Assembly (NCBI GenBank): GCA_947482115.1
Contig: CANKII010000002.1
Coordinates: 424,137 to 488,136 of the forward strand
Length of the DNA stretch: 64,000 nt
Source of the DNA: Fibrobacterota bacterium
GTDB lineage: Bacteria; Fibrobacterota; Fibrobacteria; UBA11236
Direction of reading: 5' to 3'
Shown here: in pieces, positions 37,320-46,576 of the stretch
Numbering within the stretch: position 1 is the first letter of the stretch
Layout: each line of letters opens with the position of its first letter
Program-made: the position numbers and the translations under genes
The notes under the pieces: generated by a model
What the model was told of the DNA's origin: nothing
The model's database searches: none
What the model saw: the letters and a program-made list of their open reading frames with translations, nothing else

Positions 37320-37661
37320 TTAAACCCGGCCGTGTCGCGCTCCCCGCAACAGCGAGGATATCTGTTTCGCGGAAAGTTCATCCGCCGACTTTTTCTTTTT
37401 CGGCGCGCATTCTTCGCACAACGGCACATATTCGTTGGACACCGAAACGGCACCCTCGGCGCGACCGGTTTCCGCGATGTGATATTTGAGGCAGGGGCGT
37501 TCTTTTTTGCAGCGGTAGCAAATCGTCATTACGGGCTGTTGTTCGCCCCGGACAATCTTATCCTTGACCTTGTCTTTTTTCGAGATCTCATAGGCCCGGC
37601 TTAAAGACAGGTTCTTGCGGAGAAAGCGGTCGTGATTGTCATCGTTGTCAGCTGCCATCAT
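37320..37661 (-). CDS. Hypothetical zinc-ribbon protein
   Basis: CYRC..(x33)..CEEC pairs and a basic tail. No recognised family. Confidence 0.5.
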   Translation of the reverse strand: MMAADNDDNHDRFLRKNLSLSRAYEISKKDKVKDKIVRGEQQPVMTICYRCKKERPCLKYHIAETGRAEGAVSVSNEYVPLCEECAPKKKKSADELSAKQISSLLRGARHGRV

Positions 37662-37711
37662 GGGCGTCCCACCTCTTTCATGCCCATTGTGAAGGGCGGA
37701 TGGAGAAAATA

Positions 37712-38287
37712 CTAAAGGTTGTCCCAGGGAAGGTTTTTCAACGCGGTATGAGACATAAAAACCCGTCCCATCGAGGTTAATTGCAGTGGAAGCAGGTGCA
37801 AAGCCCGTTTTTCGCCGGGTCCCTGCCGGTGTTTCTCCAGAAATTGATTGACGCTTGTGTTGAGATCCACAAAAAAAGTCCGTTCTCCGGACAGGGAAGA
37901 GAGACTCGCATTGTAAATCTTCGCTTGTTCCCGCTGAGATTCTTCCGGCAAGAAGGCTTCGCAGACCGAGGTAAAGGCGATTTGCGCCCGGGTTTTTTGC
38001 AGGATGAGTTGCAGCAGGGATTCCAGTGTTTCGCGCATGATTTTCGGATCAGCGGAATGAAGTAAATCGGCGAGTCCCAGTCCGAGATAAACCCAATCGG
38101 GAGCCTTTCCCACCACATGGAAGGGTGCGCCTTTAAAGCCGGCTTCGAGTGTCAGGGCTTTTTCCCCGGGATGAAAGGATTGAACGGCAGTTTCGGGGTG
38201 CTGCATAACGAGCAGATCGACGATGTCTTCGCCATATCCTTCAGGAGGGCATAACAGTCCGTCGCCATAAAAAACGAGGTTCTTCAC
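37712..38287 (-). CDS. SGNH/GDSL-hydrolase-like protein with a degenerate block I (GDG)
   Basis: NLVFYGDGL at the N-terminus (Ser replaced by Gly) and WVYLGLGLADL (block III-like). The assignment is weak. Confidence 0.45.
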   Translation of the reverse strand: MKNLVFYGDGLLCPPEGYGEDIVDLLVMQHPETAVQSFHPGEKALTLEAGFKGAPFHVVGKAPDWVYLGLGLADLLHSADPKIMRETLESLLQLILQKTRAQIAFTSVCEAFLPEESQREQAKIYNASLSSLSGERTFFVDLNTSVNQFLEKHRQGPGEKRALHLLPLQLTSMGRVFMSHTALKNLPWDNL

Positions 38288-38342
38288 ACCATCTCCCCTG
38301 AAATCCGTCTGACAAGGCTTTTGGAGGTCAAAAAACGAAAAA

Positions 38343-38416
38343 TGGGCCCACTCCGGCTTGAACGGAGGACCGGACGATTATGAGTCGTCTGCTCTAACCA
38401 ACTGAGCTATGGGCCC
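38343..38416 (-). tRNA. tRNA with CAU anticodon (elongator Met or lysidine-dependent Ile2), no encoded CCA
   Basis: Manual fold. Acceptor GGGCCCA/TGGGCCC. D-arm GCTC-AGTTGGTTA-GAGC. Anticodon stem GACGA/TCGTC with loop CTCATAA. T-arm CTCCG-TTCAAGC-CGGAG. Lacks initiator hallmarks. Confidence 0.88.
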
Positions 38417-38581
38417 TCGGGTGGCAAAGGTACTCTCGCCCCCCTTTCCTTTGCAATGAGAAGGGTTTTAGGCAAAAAGGTTCGGCAGATTCAGGGGGAT
38501 GACATTATGTTTTTGACTCCATTGCGCCGGTTGCGGCGCATTTTAAAAGACGCGGCGAAGCCAATATCTGGCGGTAAGGAA

Positions 38582-39589
38582 ATGACTATGAACAAGCCTA
38601 TTCAATTTCTTGGAACCAGTTTAATCCTGTCCCTCGCATTGCTGGGTTGCAAATCGAAAATGGAATCCACCGGTGACGCCTATCTGAAGGCGGGCGATCC
38701 CGGCAATGCCATGGCTCAATATGAAAACGCCATGCAGCAGGGCGCGGTGTCGGCCGACTTCTATTCCAATTACACGGATGCTCATATCGCCCTTTTGCAA
38801 GTCGGTCTGGAGTCCGATCCTGCCGCTGAAACGCTCGATCCTCTGAAGGACAGCTTGCTCAGCCTTTTGAAACAGCATCCGGATGCGGCTAAAGAAGCCG
38901 CAGCATCGGCTGTGTTGCTGGAGATTGGAAGCAAACGCCTGGACATGGGCACCGAAGAGGGCGGCTTCCAGTTTCTCAATGCTGCGGCTGCTTTGCCTGG
39001 AAAATCTGCGGATATCGATGCCAAGGTGGATGCGGCCAAAAAGGCTTATCAAACCGGAAAGCTCAAAGAGATTTCAGACAAGCTGGATGAATCAGCCACC
39101 GATGGCACCGCTGGAATCGCGGCGGATTATGCGATGAACCAACTGGCCTTGGTGCTCGGCAGTGAAACTCCGGAAATGGCGGCCCTGTGGTCCAAGATCC
39201 GTGAAAAGAATCTGCCCACCTATCTCTTTTACGCAGCGCCCGGCCTGCTCGACAAAGCGGCGGATGCCCGCATCAACAAATACGGCATGATGATCGCCAT
39301 CGTGAAATATGTCGCTCCACCGGCTCCGGTGTTGATTGGAATCAAGGTGTGGAACAACACTTCGGGTCCCATTGACATCGACGGTTCCAATTTCAAGTTG
39401 GTGGATCGTCAGGGCAATGCATACGAAGCCGGCACAAGATTACAGGCGCTCAAGAAAAAGGCGACGGTGGAATTGGGCAAGGAAAGTGAACAGGGTGGTT
39501 TGATTTTCAAATTGCCCAAGGATGCCCAGCCCGATTATCTGGAGTTGACCGTGGATGACGGCCGCACCAGCCGTAAATATCTGCCCTGA
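38582..39589 (+). CDS. Lipoprotein with a C-terminal DUF4352-like Ig domain
   Basis: Lipobox LLGC after MTMNKPIQFLGTSLILSLA. The C-terminus IKVWNNTSGPIDIDGSNFKLVDRQGNAYE..LIFKLPKD resembles DUF4352. Confidence 0.65.
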   Translation: MTMNKPIQFLGTSLILSLALLGCKSKMESTGDAYLKAGDPGNAMAQYENAMQQGAVSADFYSNYTDAHIALLQVGLESDPAAETLDPLKDSLLSLLKQHPDAAKEAAASAVLLEIGSKRLDMGTEEGGFQFLNAAAALPGKSADIDAKVDAAKKAYQTGKLKEISDKLDESATDGTAGIAADYAMNQLALVLGSETPEMAALWSKIREKNLPTYLFYAAPGLLDKAADARINKYGMMIAIVKYVAPPAPVLIGIKVWNNTSGPIDIDGSNFKLVDRQGNAYEAGTRLQALKKKATVELGKESEQGGLIFKLPKDAQPDYLELTVDDGRTSRKYLP

Positions 39590-39598
39590 TCACACATC

Positions 39599-40594
39599 GT
39601 GTTTGAGTTTTATTGGAAAGCGGCAGGATTGCCGCTTTCCCGCTTTAAGGGCGCAATTACCGATTCCATTCCATTCTCTGTCGTCGAAATCGCGTTGTGG
39701 TTGGGTATTGCCTCCACTTTGACATGGATTGTTTTGTGGCTGCGCCACAAGAATTCCTCAACGAAAATCCTGCGTAGATTTTTCTTTTTTCTCGGACCGG
39801 CTTCCCTGATCGCATTGGCATTGGGTCAGGGGGCTTTACCGATAAGTCTCTCACCTTCTTCGTGGCGTCCATCGCTAACCCAAAAATTTGGAACGGACAG
39901 TGTGTATGAAACGGAATTCAAACTGTGGGTGAAGGAACGCGAAACCCGGCTTCGCAATGAGTTCAATTGGGATGGTTATCAATCCCTTTCCGAACGCGAA
40001 GTTCTTGAAACGTGTGACCACAGTTTGGACACGGTGCTTATGGATTTGGGATTGCCACCGGGACGTCATGTGCGAAACATCAAAGCGATGGGGCCGCTGA
40101 CCACGACGATGGGACTCATCTATGGCGGCCCTGCGTTTCACGATCCTGTTTTCAGCGAGTTGGCCATCATCCGCAGGGAAAAACTTCCCACGGGGCATCA
40201 TTGGCGGTTGATCGCAGCCTGTCATGAAACAGCACATGCCAAAGGCTTTACCCGTGAGATGGATGCGGAGATTCTGACGCAACTGGCTTTGATGCGTTTG
40301 CCGGATCCCCGATTCCGGGTTTTGGCGGACATTCATTTTCTTGAAAAGTCAGGGCTCAAGATTCAATGGCCGGATACCTTGATCGCCGAGTCGCGGCAGG
40401 TGAGAGCAGAACGATTGGAGGTTCAGAAGCATCAGCCGGTGATTCACTTTTTGCAGCGCTGGGTTCTCAAGCTGCATTTGGAAAATTCCGGCAAGAAATA
40501 CGGAGAGCGTGAACGGGAGGAAAAGTGGAATCCCCGCCAGCCTTACTTCGCCACGGTACATCGTCTTCAGTCTCAAATTCTTGGAAGCCAATAG
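39599..40594 (+). CDS. DUF3810-family putative zinc metallopeptidase
   Basis: GTG start, N-terminal TM helices and an HExxH-type motif (ACHETAHAKGF). Confidence 0.7.
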   Translation: MFEFYWKAAGLPLSRFKGAITDSIPFSVVEIALWLGIASTLTWIVLWLRHKNSSTKILRRFFFFLGPASLIALALGQGALPISLSPSSWRPSLTQKFGTDSVYETEFKLWVKERETRLRNEFNWDGYQSLSEREVLETCDHSLDTVLMDLGLPPGRHVRNIKAMGPLTTTMGLIYGGPAFHDPVFSELAIIRREKLPTGHHWRLIAACHETAHAKGFTREMDAEILTQLALMRLPDPRFRVLADIHFLEKSGLKIQWPDTLIAESRQVRAERLEVQKHQPVIHFLQRWVLKLHLENSGKKYGEREREEKWNPRQPYFATVHRLQSQILGSQ

Positions 40595-40596
40595 TC

Positions 40597-40920
40597 ATGG
40601 CTGCAAAACGCACTAAAGCCAAAACAGCCAAGCCTTCCACTCCGCCGCCGGTGCTTTATGATTTCGTCGTGGAAGAGGAATTGGATTTGCATGGCATGGC
40701 GGTGGACGAAGCCTTGGTGGCTGCGGGCCTGTTATTGGAAAGGCATCGCGGCAAGTCGGGAAGGATCTTGCGCATTGTCCACGGGCATTCCAATTCGGCA
40801 CCGGTTTCGATCCGCAAAAGCCTGCATCGCAATCTGAACACGGTGTGGAAACGCCAGGTGAAACGCTATCGTCTGGATTTCCACAATCCGGGTGCGACTT
40901 TGGTGGAAATTGCCCTGTAA
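40597..40920 (+). CDS. Smr-domain protein
   Basis: [12 protein letters not shown]......RIVHGHS, the Smr nuclease-domain signature. ATG 40597 lies 2 nt after the preceding stop. Confidence 0.8.
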   Translation: MAAKRTKAKTAKPSTPPPVLYDFVVEEELDLHGMAVDEALVAAGLLLERHRGKSGRILRIVHGHSNSAPVSIRKSLHRNLNTVWKRQVKRYRLDFHNPGATLVEIAL

Positions 40921-40972
40921 TTCCTATCGTTATTGCCTTTATCCGCCAAATTTTGGAGAATACCGGTTCCTT

Positions 40973-42343
40973 ATGACCTTCAAGACGAAAATCCTCTGCA
41001 TCGGCGCAGGTTACGTGGGCGGCCCCACCATGACCATGATCGCCCGCAAATGCCCCACCTACAAAGTCACGGTTGTGGACATCAACAAGGCGCGCATCGA
41101 CGCATGGAACAGCGACAACATTCCCATCTATGAACCGGGGCTCGATGAAGTGGTGAAGGCAGCGCGTGGAAAGAATCTGTTCTTTTCCACCGACGTCGAT
41201 CAGGCGATTCGCGAAGCGGACATCATTTTCGTTTCGGTGAACACGCCGACCAAAACGTTTGGTGAAGGCGCGGGTCGCGCTCCCGATTTGCAGTACTGGG
41301 AAAAAACAGCGCGACAAATTCTCGCCAATTCTGATTCCTCGAAAATCATCGTGGAGAAATCCACCTTGCCTGTGCGCACCGCAGAGGCGATGGAACGCAT
41401 TTTGAACGGTAATCCGAAGGGCATTGAATTCGAGGTGCTGTCGAATCCGGAATTCCTCGCCGAAGGCAGCGCCATTCAGGATTTGGAAAATCCGGATCGC
41501 GTGCTCGTCGGTTCGCGCGAAACGCCTTCCGGTCTTGCGGCGCGCAAGGCCCTTGTGGACATTTATGCGCATTGGGTTCCGAAGGAAAAAATCATCGAGT
41601 CCAATGTGTGGAGCGCAGAACTTTCCAAGTTGGCGGCCAACGCTTTTCTTGCCCAACGCATTTCCTCCATCAACAGCATTTCAGCGTTGTGTGAAAAGAC
41701 CGAAGCGGATGTGGGCGAAGTCTCTTACGCCATCGGCATGGACAGCCGCATCGGCCCGAAATTCCTGAAGGCCAGCGTGGGCTTCGGCGGCTCCTGTTTT
41801 CAAAAGGATATTCTGAATCTGGTTTACATCTGCGAGTCATATGGATTGCACGAGGTTGCGGATTATTGGGAATCCGTGGTGCGCATGAATCAATGGCAGC
41901 AGAAACGGTTTGTGCAGAATATTCTGACGGGAATGTTCAGGACAGTTGCCGGAAAACGCATCGCACTCCTCGGCTTCGCCTTTAAGGCGGACACGGGGGA
42001 CACCCGCGAATCCCCGGCCATCTCGGTGGCGCTGGGATTATTGGAGGAAAAGGCGCAGGTGGTCGTTTCCGATCCGAAGGCGCTGGAAAACGCGAAGAAG
42101 GATCTGGCGGGCGCGGAAGTGATTTATGAGGAGGATCCTTATAAAGCGGCGGACGGGGCGCATGCGATTGCCATTCTGACGGAGTGGAAGTTGTATAAGG
42201 AACTGGATTACGCGAAAATCTTTAAATCCATGAAACAACCGGCTTTCATTTTTGATGGACGGAATATTCTGGATCACAAGAAATTGTTTGAGATGGGTTT
42301 CAATGTTTTTGCGATTGGTAAAGCAGCCCTGAAACATTTTTAG
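40973..42343 (+). CDS. ugd: UDP-glucose 6-dehydrogenase
   Basis: [13 protein letters not shown] Rossmann motif and [10 protein letters not shown] catalytic Cys. 456 aa from ATG 40973. Confidence 0.93.
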   Translation: MTFKTKILCIGAGYVGGPTMTMIARKCPTYKVTVVDINKARIDAWNSDNIPIYEPGLDEVVKAARGKNLFFSTDVDQAIREADIIFVSVNTPTKTFGEGAGRAPDLQYWEKTARQILANSDSSKIIVEKSTLPVRTAEAMERILNGNPKGIEFEVLSNPEFLAEGSAIQDLENPDRVLVGSRETPSGLAARKALVDIYAHWVPKEKIIESNVWSAELSKLAANAFLAQRISSINSISALCEKTEADVGEVSYAIGMDSRIGPKFLKASVGFGGSCFQKDILNLVYICESYGLHEVADYWESVVRMNQWQQKRFVQNILTGMFRTVAGKRIALLGFAFKADTGDTRESPAISVALGLLEEKAQVVVSDPKALENAKKDLAGAEVIYEEDPYKAADGAHAIAILTEWKLYKELDYAKIFKSMKQPAFIFDGRNILDHKKLFEMGFNVFAIGKAALKHF

Positions 42344-42378
42344 ATAGCGTAAAAAACGCAGAATCGGTTTAGGTTGTT

Positions 42379-42864
42379 ATGGATGTTAGCGGTATTGCAG
42401 TTACGATTGCTAAATGGGCCGTTGGAAGGATTTCAACAAAGCTTGCGGTTAAGCTCTTTCCATTTAACAATGATGGCCTGATAATTAGAGATTTGCGAGG
42501 ATCGCTTTTTCAAAAAGCTCAAAATGTCTTGGATTTGTCCTTTTATTTCGTGATCCAGAATTTTTCTGGATATGATGTTGAGATTCAATATGTTTGTCTT
42601 CGTGGCCGCAAAAATTCCGATCCCTTGTTTGTTTTGTCCGTGCCCGAACATTATGTTATAGCTGAAAAAGCTTACAAAGACTGCACGATTTCTGGAACAA
42701 TTTTTCCGGGGCAATCTGACATCATTGTTAATAAAGTAAAGACCACTTATAATCCGAATGAGATTGGAGTAAGTCTTGAAGTGAATTTTAAATACGATAA
42801 AATTGTCAGAACAGTTTATGTGAGAAACGATATGTTTCCGATCCAAGCTAATTGGACGAGTTAA
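42379..42864 (+). CDS. Hypothetical protein (AT-rich orphan)
   Basis: 161-aa ORF in a visibly AT-rich segment between ugd and dgkA. Beta-rich, with no recognised motif. Confidence 0.5.
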   Translation: MDVSGIAVTIAKWAVGRISTKLAVKLFPFNNDGLIIRDLRGSLFQKAQNVLDLSFYFVIQNFSGYDVEIQYVCLRGRKNSDPLFVLSVPEHYVIAEKAYKDCTISGTIFPGQSDIIVNKVKTTYNPNEIGVSLEVNFKYDKIVRTVYVRNDMFPIQANWTS

Positions 42865-42875
42865 AAACCCCTGTT

Positions 42876-43271
42876 ATGAATAAATCCCGTTTTACTTTTT
42901 CCAGTCGCTTCCGCAGCATTTCCTGCGCTCTCAACGGTATTCGAATCCTAATCTCCACCCAGCACAATGCATGGATTCACCTCTTTGCAACAGCGATCAT
43001 CATCCCCGCCGGATTTTATTTTCATCTCGTCAGAACCGAATGGCTGTGGATTATTCTCGCGGTCACTTCCGTGTGGGCCGCAGAGGCGTTTAACACAGCC
43101 ATCGAATATTTAACGGATCTCGCTTCGCCAGAGATTCATCCACTCGCAGGAAAGGCCAAGGATGTGGCTGCGGGTGCGGTGTTGATTACAGCGATGAGCG
43201 CGGCGGTGATTGGCCTGTTGATTCTCGGCCCGCATGTTTGCCTTCATTTCTGCCCTAAAACCGGACCTTGA
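42876..43271 (+). CDS. dgkA: Diacylglycerol/undecaprenol kinase DgkA (prokaryotic type)
   Basis: Three TM helices and the conserved E.FNTAIE......H.LAGKAKDVAAGAVL. Confidence 0.88.
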   Translation: MNKSRFTFSSRFRSISCALNGIRILISTQHNAWIHLFATAIIIPAGFYFHLVRTEWLWIILAVTSVWAAEAFNTAIEYLTDLASPEIHPLAGKAKDVAAGAVLITAMSAAVIGLLILGPHVCLHFCPKTGP

Positions 43272-43321
43272 CGACCAATTAGTGTCATTGTAAATTGTCC
43301 ACATAGAGGAGGACATTTGAC

Positions 43322-43726
43322 ATGACTCGGATCCTGACCAAACCAGCCGCCAAAAGGACTGCTGTTATTCGAAGCACCCTTCCGCATCCTTCCAAACTTG
43401 TCAGCCATATCCGCGAATTGACGGTGAGTTATGATTTCACTGAACGGGATTTGGCCGATATTTTGGATGTCACTCCCAGATCCATCACCCGTTGGAAAGC
43501 GCGTGATGAAAAACTGTCCAAACAAAAAATCGACCGAATCGACGTTTTGGAATCCATTCTCGATTTGGGGAAAAGAGTTTTGGGATCGGAGACAGAAGTA
43601 AAACATTGGCTTGGCAGTTCCGTGTTTTCCCTCGAAGGTCAAAAGCCGATGGAACTGATTAAAACAGAGTCGGGACGCCGAAGGGTGGAAAACGTCCTGC
43701 TTCAAATCGAAGGTGGAGTTTACTGA
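43322..43726 (+). CDS. Xre/ParS/MbcA-type antitoxin (DUF2384 toxin-binding domain)
   Basis: HTH (LADILDVTPRSITRWK) plus DUF2384 (W...S..LEGQKPMELIKTESGRRRVENVLLQIE.G). Confidence 0.85.
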   Translation: MTRILTKPAAKRTAVIRSTLPHPSKLVSHIRELTVSYDFTERDLADILDVTPRSITRWKARDEKLSKQKIDRIDVLESILDLGKRVLGSETEVKHWLGSSVFSLEGQKPMELIKTESGRRRVENVLLQIEGGVY

Positions 43727-43728
43727 GC

Positions 43729-44181
43729 GTGCTTCTTTATCGAATCTCGCCCAAAGCCTACCTTCCTCAAGATCCAACCGGTGCCGCTGCTACTTCGGAA
43801 GGTCGTTGGCATTTGATGGGGCAGCGTGTTTTGTATTTCTCCTCGTCCTTGTCATTGTGCGTGTTGGAGCTGAAGGCCAACGCTATTTCCTTTGAGCGCA
43901 TCCGAACCGCATACCATTATTGCACGATGAATGTGGATTCGATCAAGAATAGTGAATTCGTGGTGGATTCCTTTTATTCCAAGGATTGGACTCTTGATAA
44001 ACGGGCGTCACAACAATATGGCGCGGATTGGTTCAGCCGGAAAAGTTCTTTGATTCTAAAGGTTAAGAGTGCCGTTCTGCCTGTCGAGTGGAATTATCTC
44101 GTCAATACAACACACCGGGATTTCACATCGCTTTCTTTTCCCAGCCCTCTTTCTATTCCATTGGATTCCCGATTAAACTGA
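43729..44181 (+). CDS. RES-domain toxin (NAD+-depleting family)
   Basis: GTG start 2 nt after the antitoxin stop. Matches are GRWH (R), LYFSSSLSLCVLE (E) and a downstream S-containing strand. Typical size of 150 aa. Confidence 0.8.
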   Translation: MLLYRISPKAYLPQDPTGAAATSEGRWHLMGQRVLYFSSSLSLCVLELKANAISFERIRTAYHYCTMNVDSIKNSEFVVDSFYSKDWTLDKRASQQYGADWFSRKSSLILKVKSAVLPVEWNYLVNTTHRDFTSLSFPSPLSIPLDSRLN

Positions 44182-44949
44182 ACGCAGCCGTTCCAAAAAG
44201 AATTCCACGGCCGCAGTTCCGGCTTCGCCCAAGTTCCTCGTAAACTCATTCACGTACAAGTCGATATGCGACCGCATCACTTCGGATTCCATCGACTGCG
44301 AATGCTTCGCGCACAGTTCCAGCGCTTCGGATTCATGCGCCCAGGCCCAATCCAGACTGGCCCGAATTACCGCTTCGATTTCACCAGTCGTTGGCATATC
44401 CGATTGCTGTTGATATGCCAAAGCACCGAGTGGAATCGGAAATCCCGTTTTGCGTTCCCAATATTCTCCCAAATCCTGTACCAACTTTAATCCGTCCCGC
44501 GCATAGGTGAAGCGCATCTCGTGGATCACCACGCCTTGGGCATCCGGACGCGTGCAGAGTTCGCGATACAATTCATCAAATGGAAGGAACCGTTTGCGCT
44601 GTGAACCACCCGACCAAAAGTCGAAGAGAAAATTCGCCGTGGTTTGTTCTCCCGGAACCAAAGTCTCCACTTCGGGATTCCACGGATTTCCACCAGTCAG
44701 CAGCAGCGGGCCGCAACCGCGTCCTAATGCACCGCCGCAATTCAGCAATTTGTAGTTCGGGCAATTCAGCGCATTGGCATAGCTGATCTTCACCAAATCA
44801 CACGAGTTGTTTTGCGCCAGACGATTCAAAGTCTGCACATCCTCGAAAACAAATTCCGGATTCCACGCCGTTTCGATTTGCCCGAGCAAAAGTCCGGAGA
44901 AGATGAATACATCATTGGGACAAGGGGAAATGCCGACTTTGAGTTTCAC
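44173..44949 (-). CDS. mqnD: 1,4-dihydroxy-6-naphthoate synthase MqnD
   Basis: KVGISPCPNDVF...L and NCGGALGRGCGPLL. GTG 44949 gives a GTGA overlap with the mqnB stop. The track start ATG 44988 is the alternative. Confidence 0.85.
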   Translation of the reverse strand: MKLKVGISPCPNDVFIFSGLLLGQIETAWNPEFVFEDVQTLNRLAQNNSCDLVKISYANALNCPNYKLLNCGGALGRGCGPLLLTGGNPWNPEVETLVPGEQTTANFLFDFWSGGSQRKRFLPFDELYRELCTRPDAQGVVIHEMRFTYARDGLKLVQDLGEYWERKTGFPIPLGALAYQQQSDMPTTGEIEAVIRASLDWAWAHESEALELCAKHSQSMESEVMRSHIDLYVNEFTRNLGEAGTAAVEFFLERLRSV

Positions 44950-45626
44950 GAAAGAGGGTTCCCAAGTTTGTTGCGATGGATTTCCCAAAAGGTTTTGAGA
45001 GAAGACAATGCAATCTGAATGTTCTCTGGCCGCATATCCCTTTTTGCCGCGAGGTTGCTAATGGCCCGGATTTCACAAACCGGAATTTTTAATTCTCTTG
45101 CGGCCAATGCCACCGCCGCGCCTTCCATGCTTTCGAAATCCGTAGCGAAGATTTTTCGACGCAGCCAACCCGTGCCGTCCTTACCCGTGCAGCGATTCAC
45201 CGTTGCACCACGACCTTGTTTCGCTCCCGTAATCCATTCCGGAATCCATAAGGGCAGGGGAGAGCGAAGCAATGGATCGGCGAAGGGGAATGCGGACAAG
45301 GGACGGAAACCTTCTTCGTCGGGCATTTCCATTCCCAAGTCCGCAAACACTTCGGAAGTTCCCACTACGACATCGCTAATTTCCAAATGACTTTCCGGAT
45401 AGGCTCCGGCAATGCCGATATTCACAATCCATGCAGGTTTCAGGGATTGAATCCACGGAATAAGCCGCAGCATTGCGATGGGAATCCCCGCGCCAGTCAC
45501 TGCTGCATAGCCTTCGGGAATACGCCAGAGTTTATCCGATTCGATTGGTTCCGCATTTTGCAATCCAAAGGTTTGCAGCTCTTGCAATGTGGCTGCACAG
45601 ACAAGACCCGGTCCTGAAATGTTCAT
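44946..45626 (-). CDS. mqnB: Futalosine hydrolase MqnB (PNP/UDP nucleosidase fold)
   Basis: Nucleosidase-fold pattern (GIAGAY.., ..ESMEGAAVA..) and position directly upstream of mqnD. Confidence 0.7.
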   Translation of the reverse strand: MNISGPGLVCAATLQELQTFGLQNAEPIESDKLWRIPEGYAAVTGAGIPIAMLRLIPWIQSLKPAWIVNIGIAGAYPESHLEISDVVVGTSEVFADLGMEMPDEEGFRPLSAFPFADPLLRSPLPLWIPEWITGAKQGRGATVNRCTGKDGTGWLRRKIFATDFESMEGAAVALAARELKIPVCEIRAISNLAAKRDMRPENIQIALSSLKTFWEIHRNKLGNPLS

Positions 45627-46501
45627 GACTTCTCCTTACGGATTTGCGATTCCAAAGCTGCGGCTTCTGCTGGATCAAACTCTGCGGGTAGGGGAGAGAG
45701 ACAACTTGCGCTACCGAAGGCTAATGCGCGCTTCACGGAAGCCTCTGTATCGAGCCGGCGAATGATTCCATCTGTCAAAGCCGCGGTGACGGTGTCGCCT
45801 GCACCGATGGGATTGCGTATTCCGTTGAAAAGGGGGAGTGCATATTGTCCATCCGCAGCATTGGAATGCAACACACGTGCTCCGTTCGGGCCATCGGTGA
45901 TTAAAACGGAAGATTGTGAATTCTCAGATGCAGGAAACTTCGCGAACTCTTCCGCGTTCAACTTGATCCACGAAATGCGTTTCAATAATTCTGGAGTCAA
46001 TCCCATAACCGAGTCCCAAATTACAAGCGAAGCGGGAACAATGTTGAGGATGTCAGCGTAAAGAGATTCCGGAATTCCCGGAGGCAAAGTTCCGCAAATG
46101 ACAACGGCGTCGTAAGTAGGATCGTTTTTGATTTGCAACAACAAATCTTGCGCAATGTTGGCCTCGGTTACGGAAAACGGTTCGATGATTTCCGTCGCGG
46201 GTCCGGTTTCGGAAAGCAAGGTGATACACTCCCGTGTTTCGCCTTGTGTCCACACATGAAGGCTGCGGATTTTCCAGGATTCACAATCAGCGAGACAGCG
46301 CTGGCCATTTTCGCCGGCGAGGATTTGCAATAACGAAACCTCGTGACCCAAACGAGCCAGCACTTTGGCGGCATTGATTCCCTTGCCGCTGGCCAGAGTC
46401 CACGATTCACGGGCGCGATTGACCGAGCCGAGCTGCAAGGAAGGCAGGGATAGCACCTTTTGCCATGCGGGATTCAGGCCTGCGACCAAAATTTTTGCCA
46501 T
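45623..46501 (-). CDS. PfkB-family sugar(-phosphate) kinase
   Basis: N-terminus LNPAWQK...L..GSVNRA......SGKGINAAKVL resembles the 1-phosphofructokinase/tagatose-6-P kinase subfamily. C-terminal GAGDT anion hole. 4-nt overlap with mqnB. Confidence 0.8.
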   Translation of the reverse strand: MAKILVAGLNPAWQKVLSLPSLQLGSVNRARESWTLASGKGINAAKVLARLGHEVSLLQILAGENGQRCLADCESWKIRSLHVWTQGETRECITLLSETGPATEIIEPFSVTEANIAQDLLLQIKNDPTYDAVVICGTLPPGIPESLYADILNIVPASLVIWDSVMGLTPELLKRISWIKLNAEEFAKFPASENSQSSVLITDGPNGARVLHSNAADGQYALPLFNGIRNPIGAGDTVTAALTDGIIRRLDTEASVKRALAFGSASCLSPLPAEFDPAEAAALESQIRKEKS

Positions 46502-46576
46502 AATTTTTCCTTATTTCTCCGTAAGGCAAAAGTTAGGATTTCAGTTTCGCCCATCTTGATTTACTATGTAGTTCCC

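Noticed and set aside
40613-41656. 347-aa ORF on the - strand
   Set aside because: Antisense to the Smr gene and ugd. It is Arg/Gly/His-rich with no motifs.
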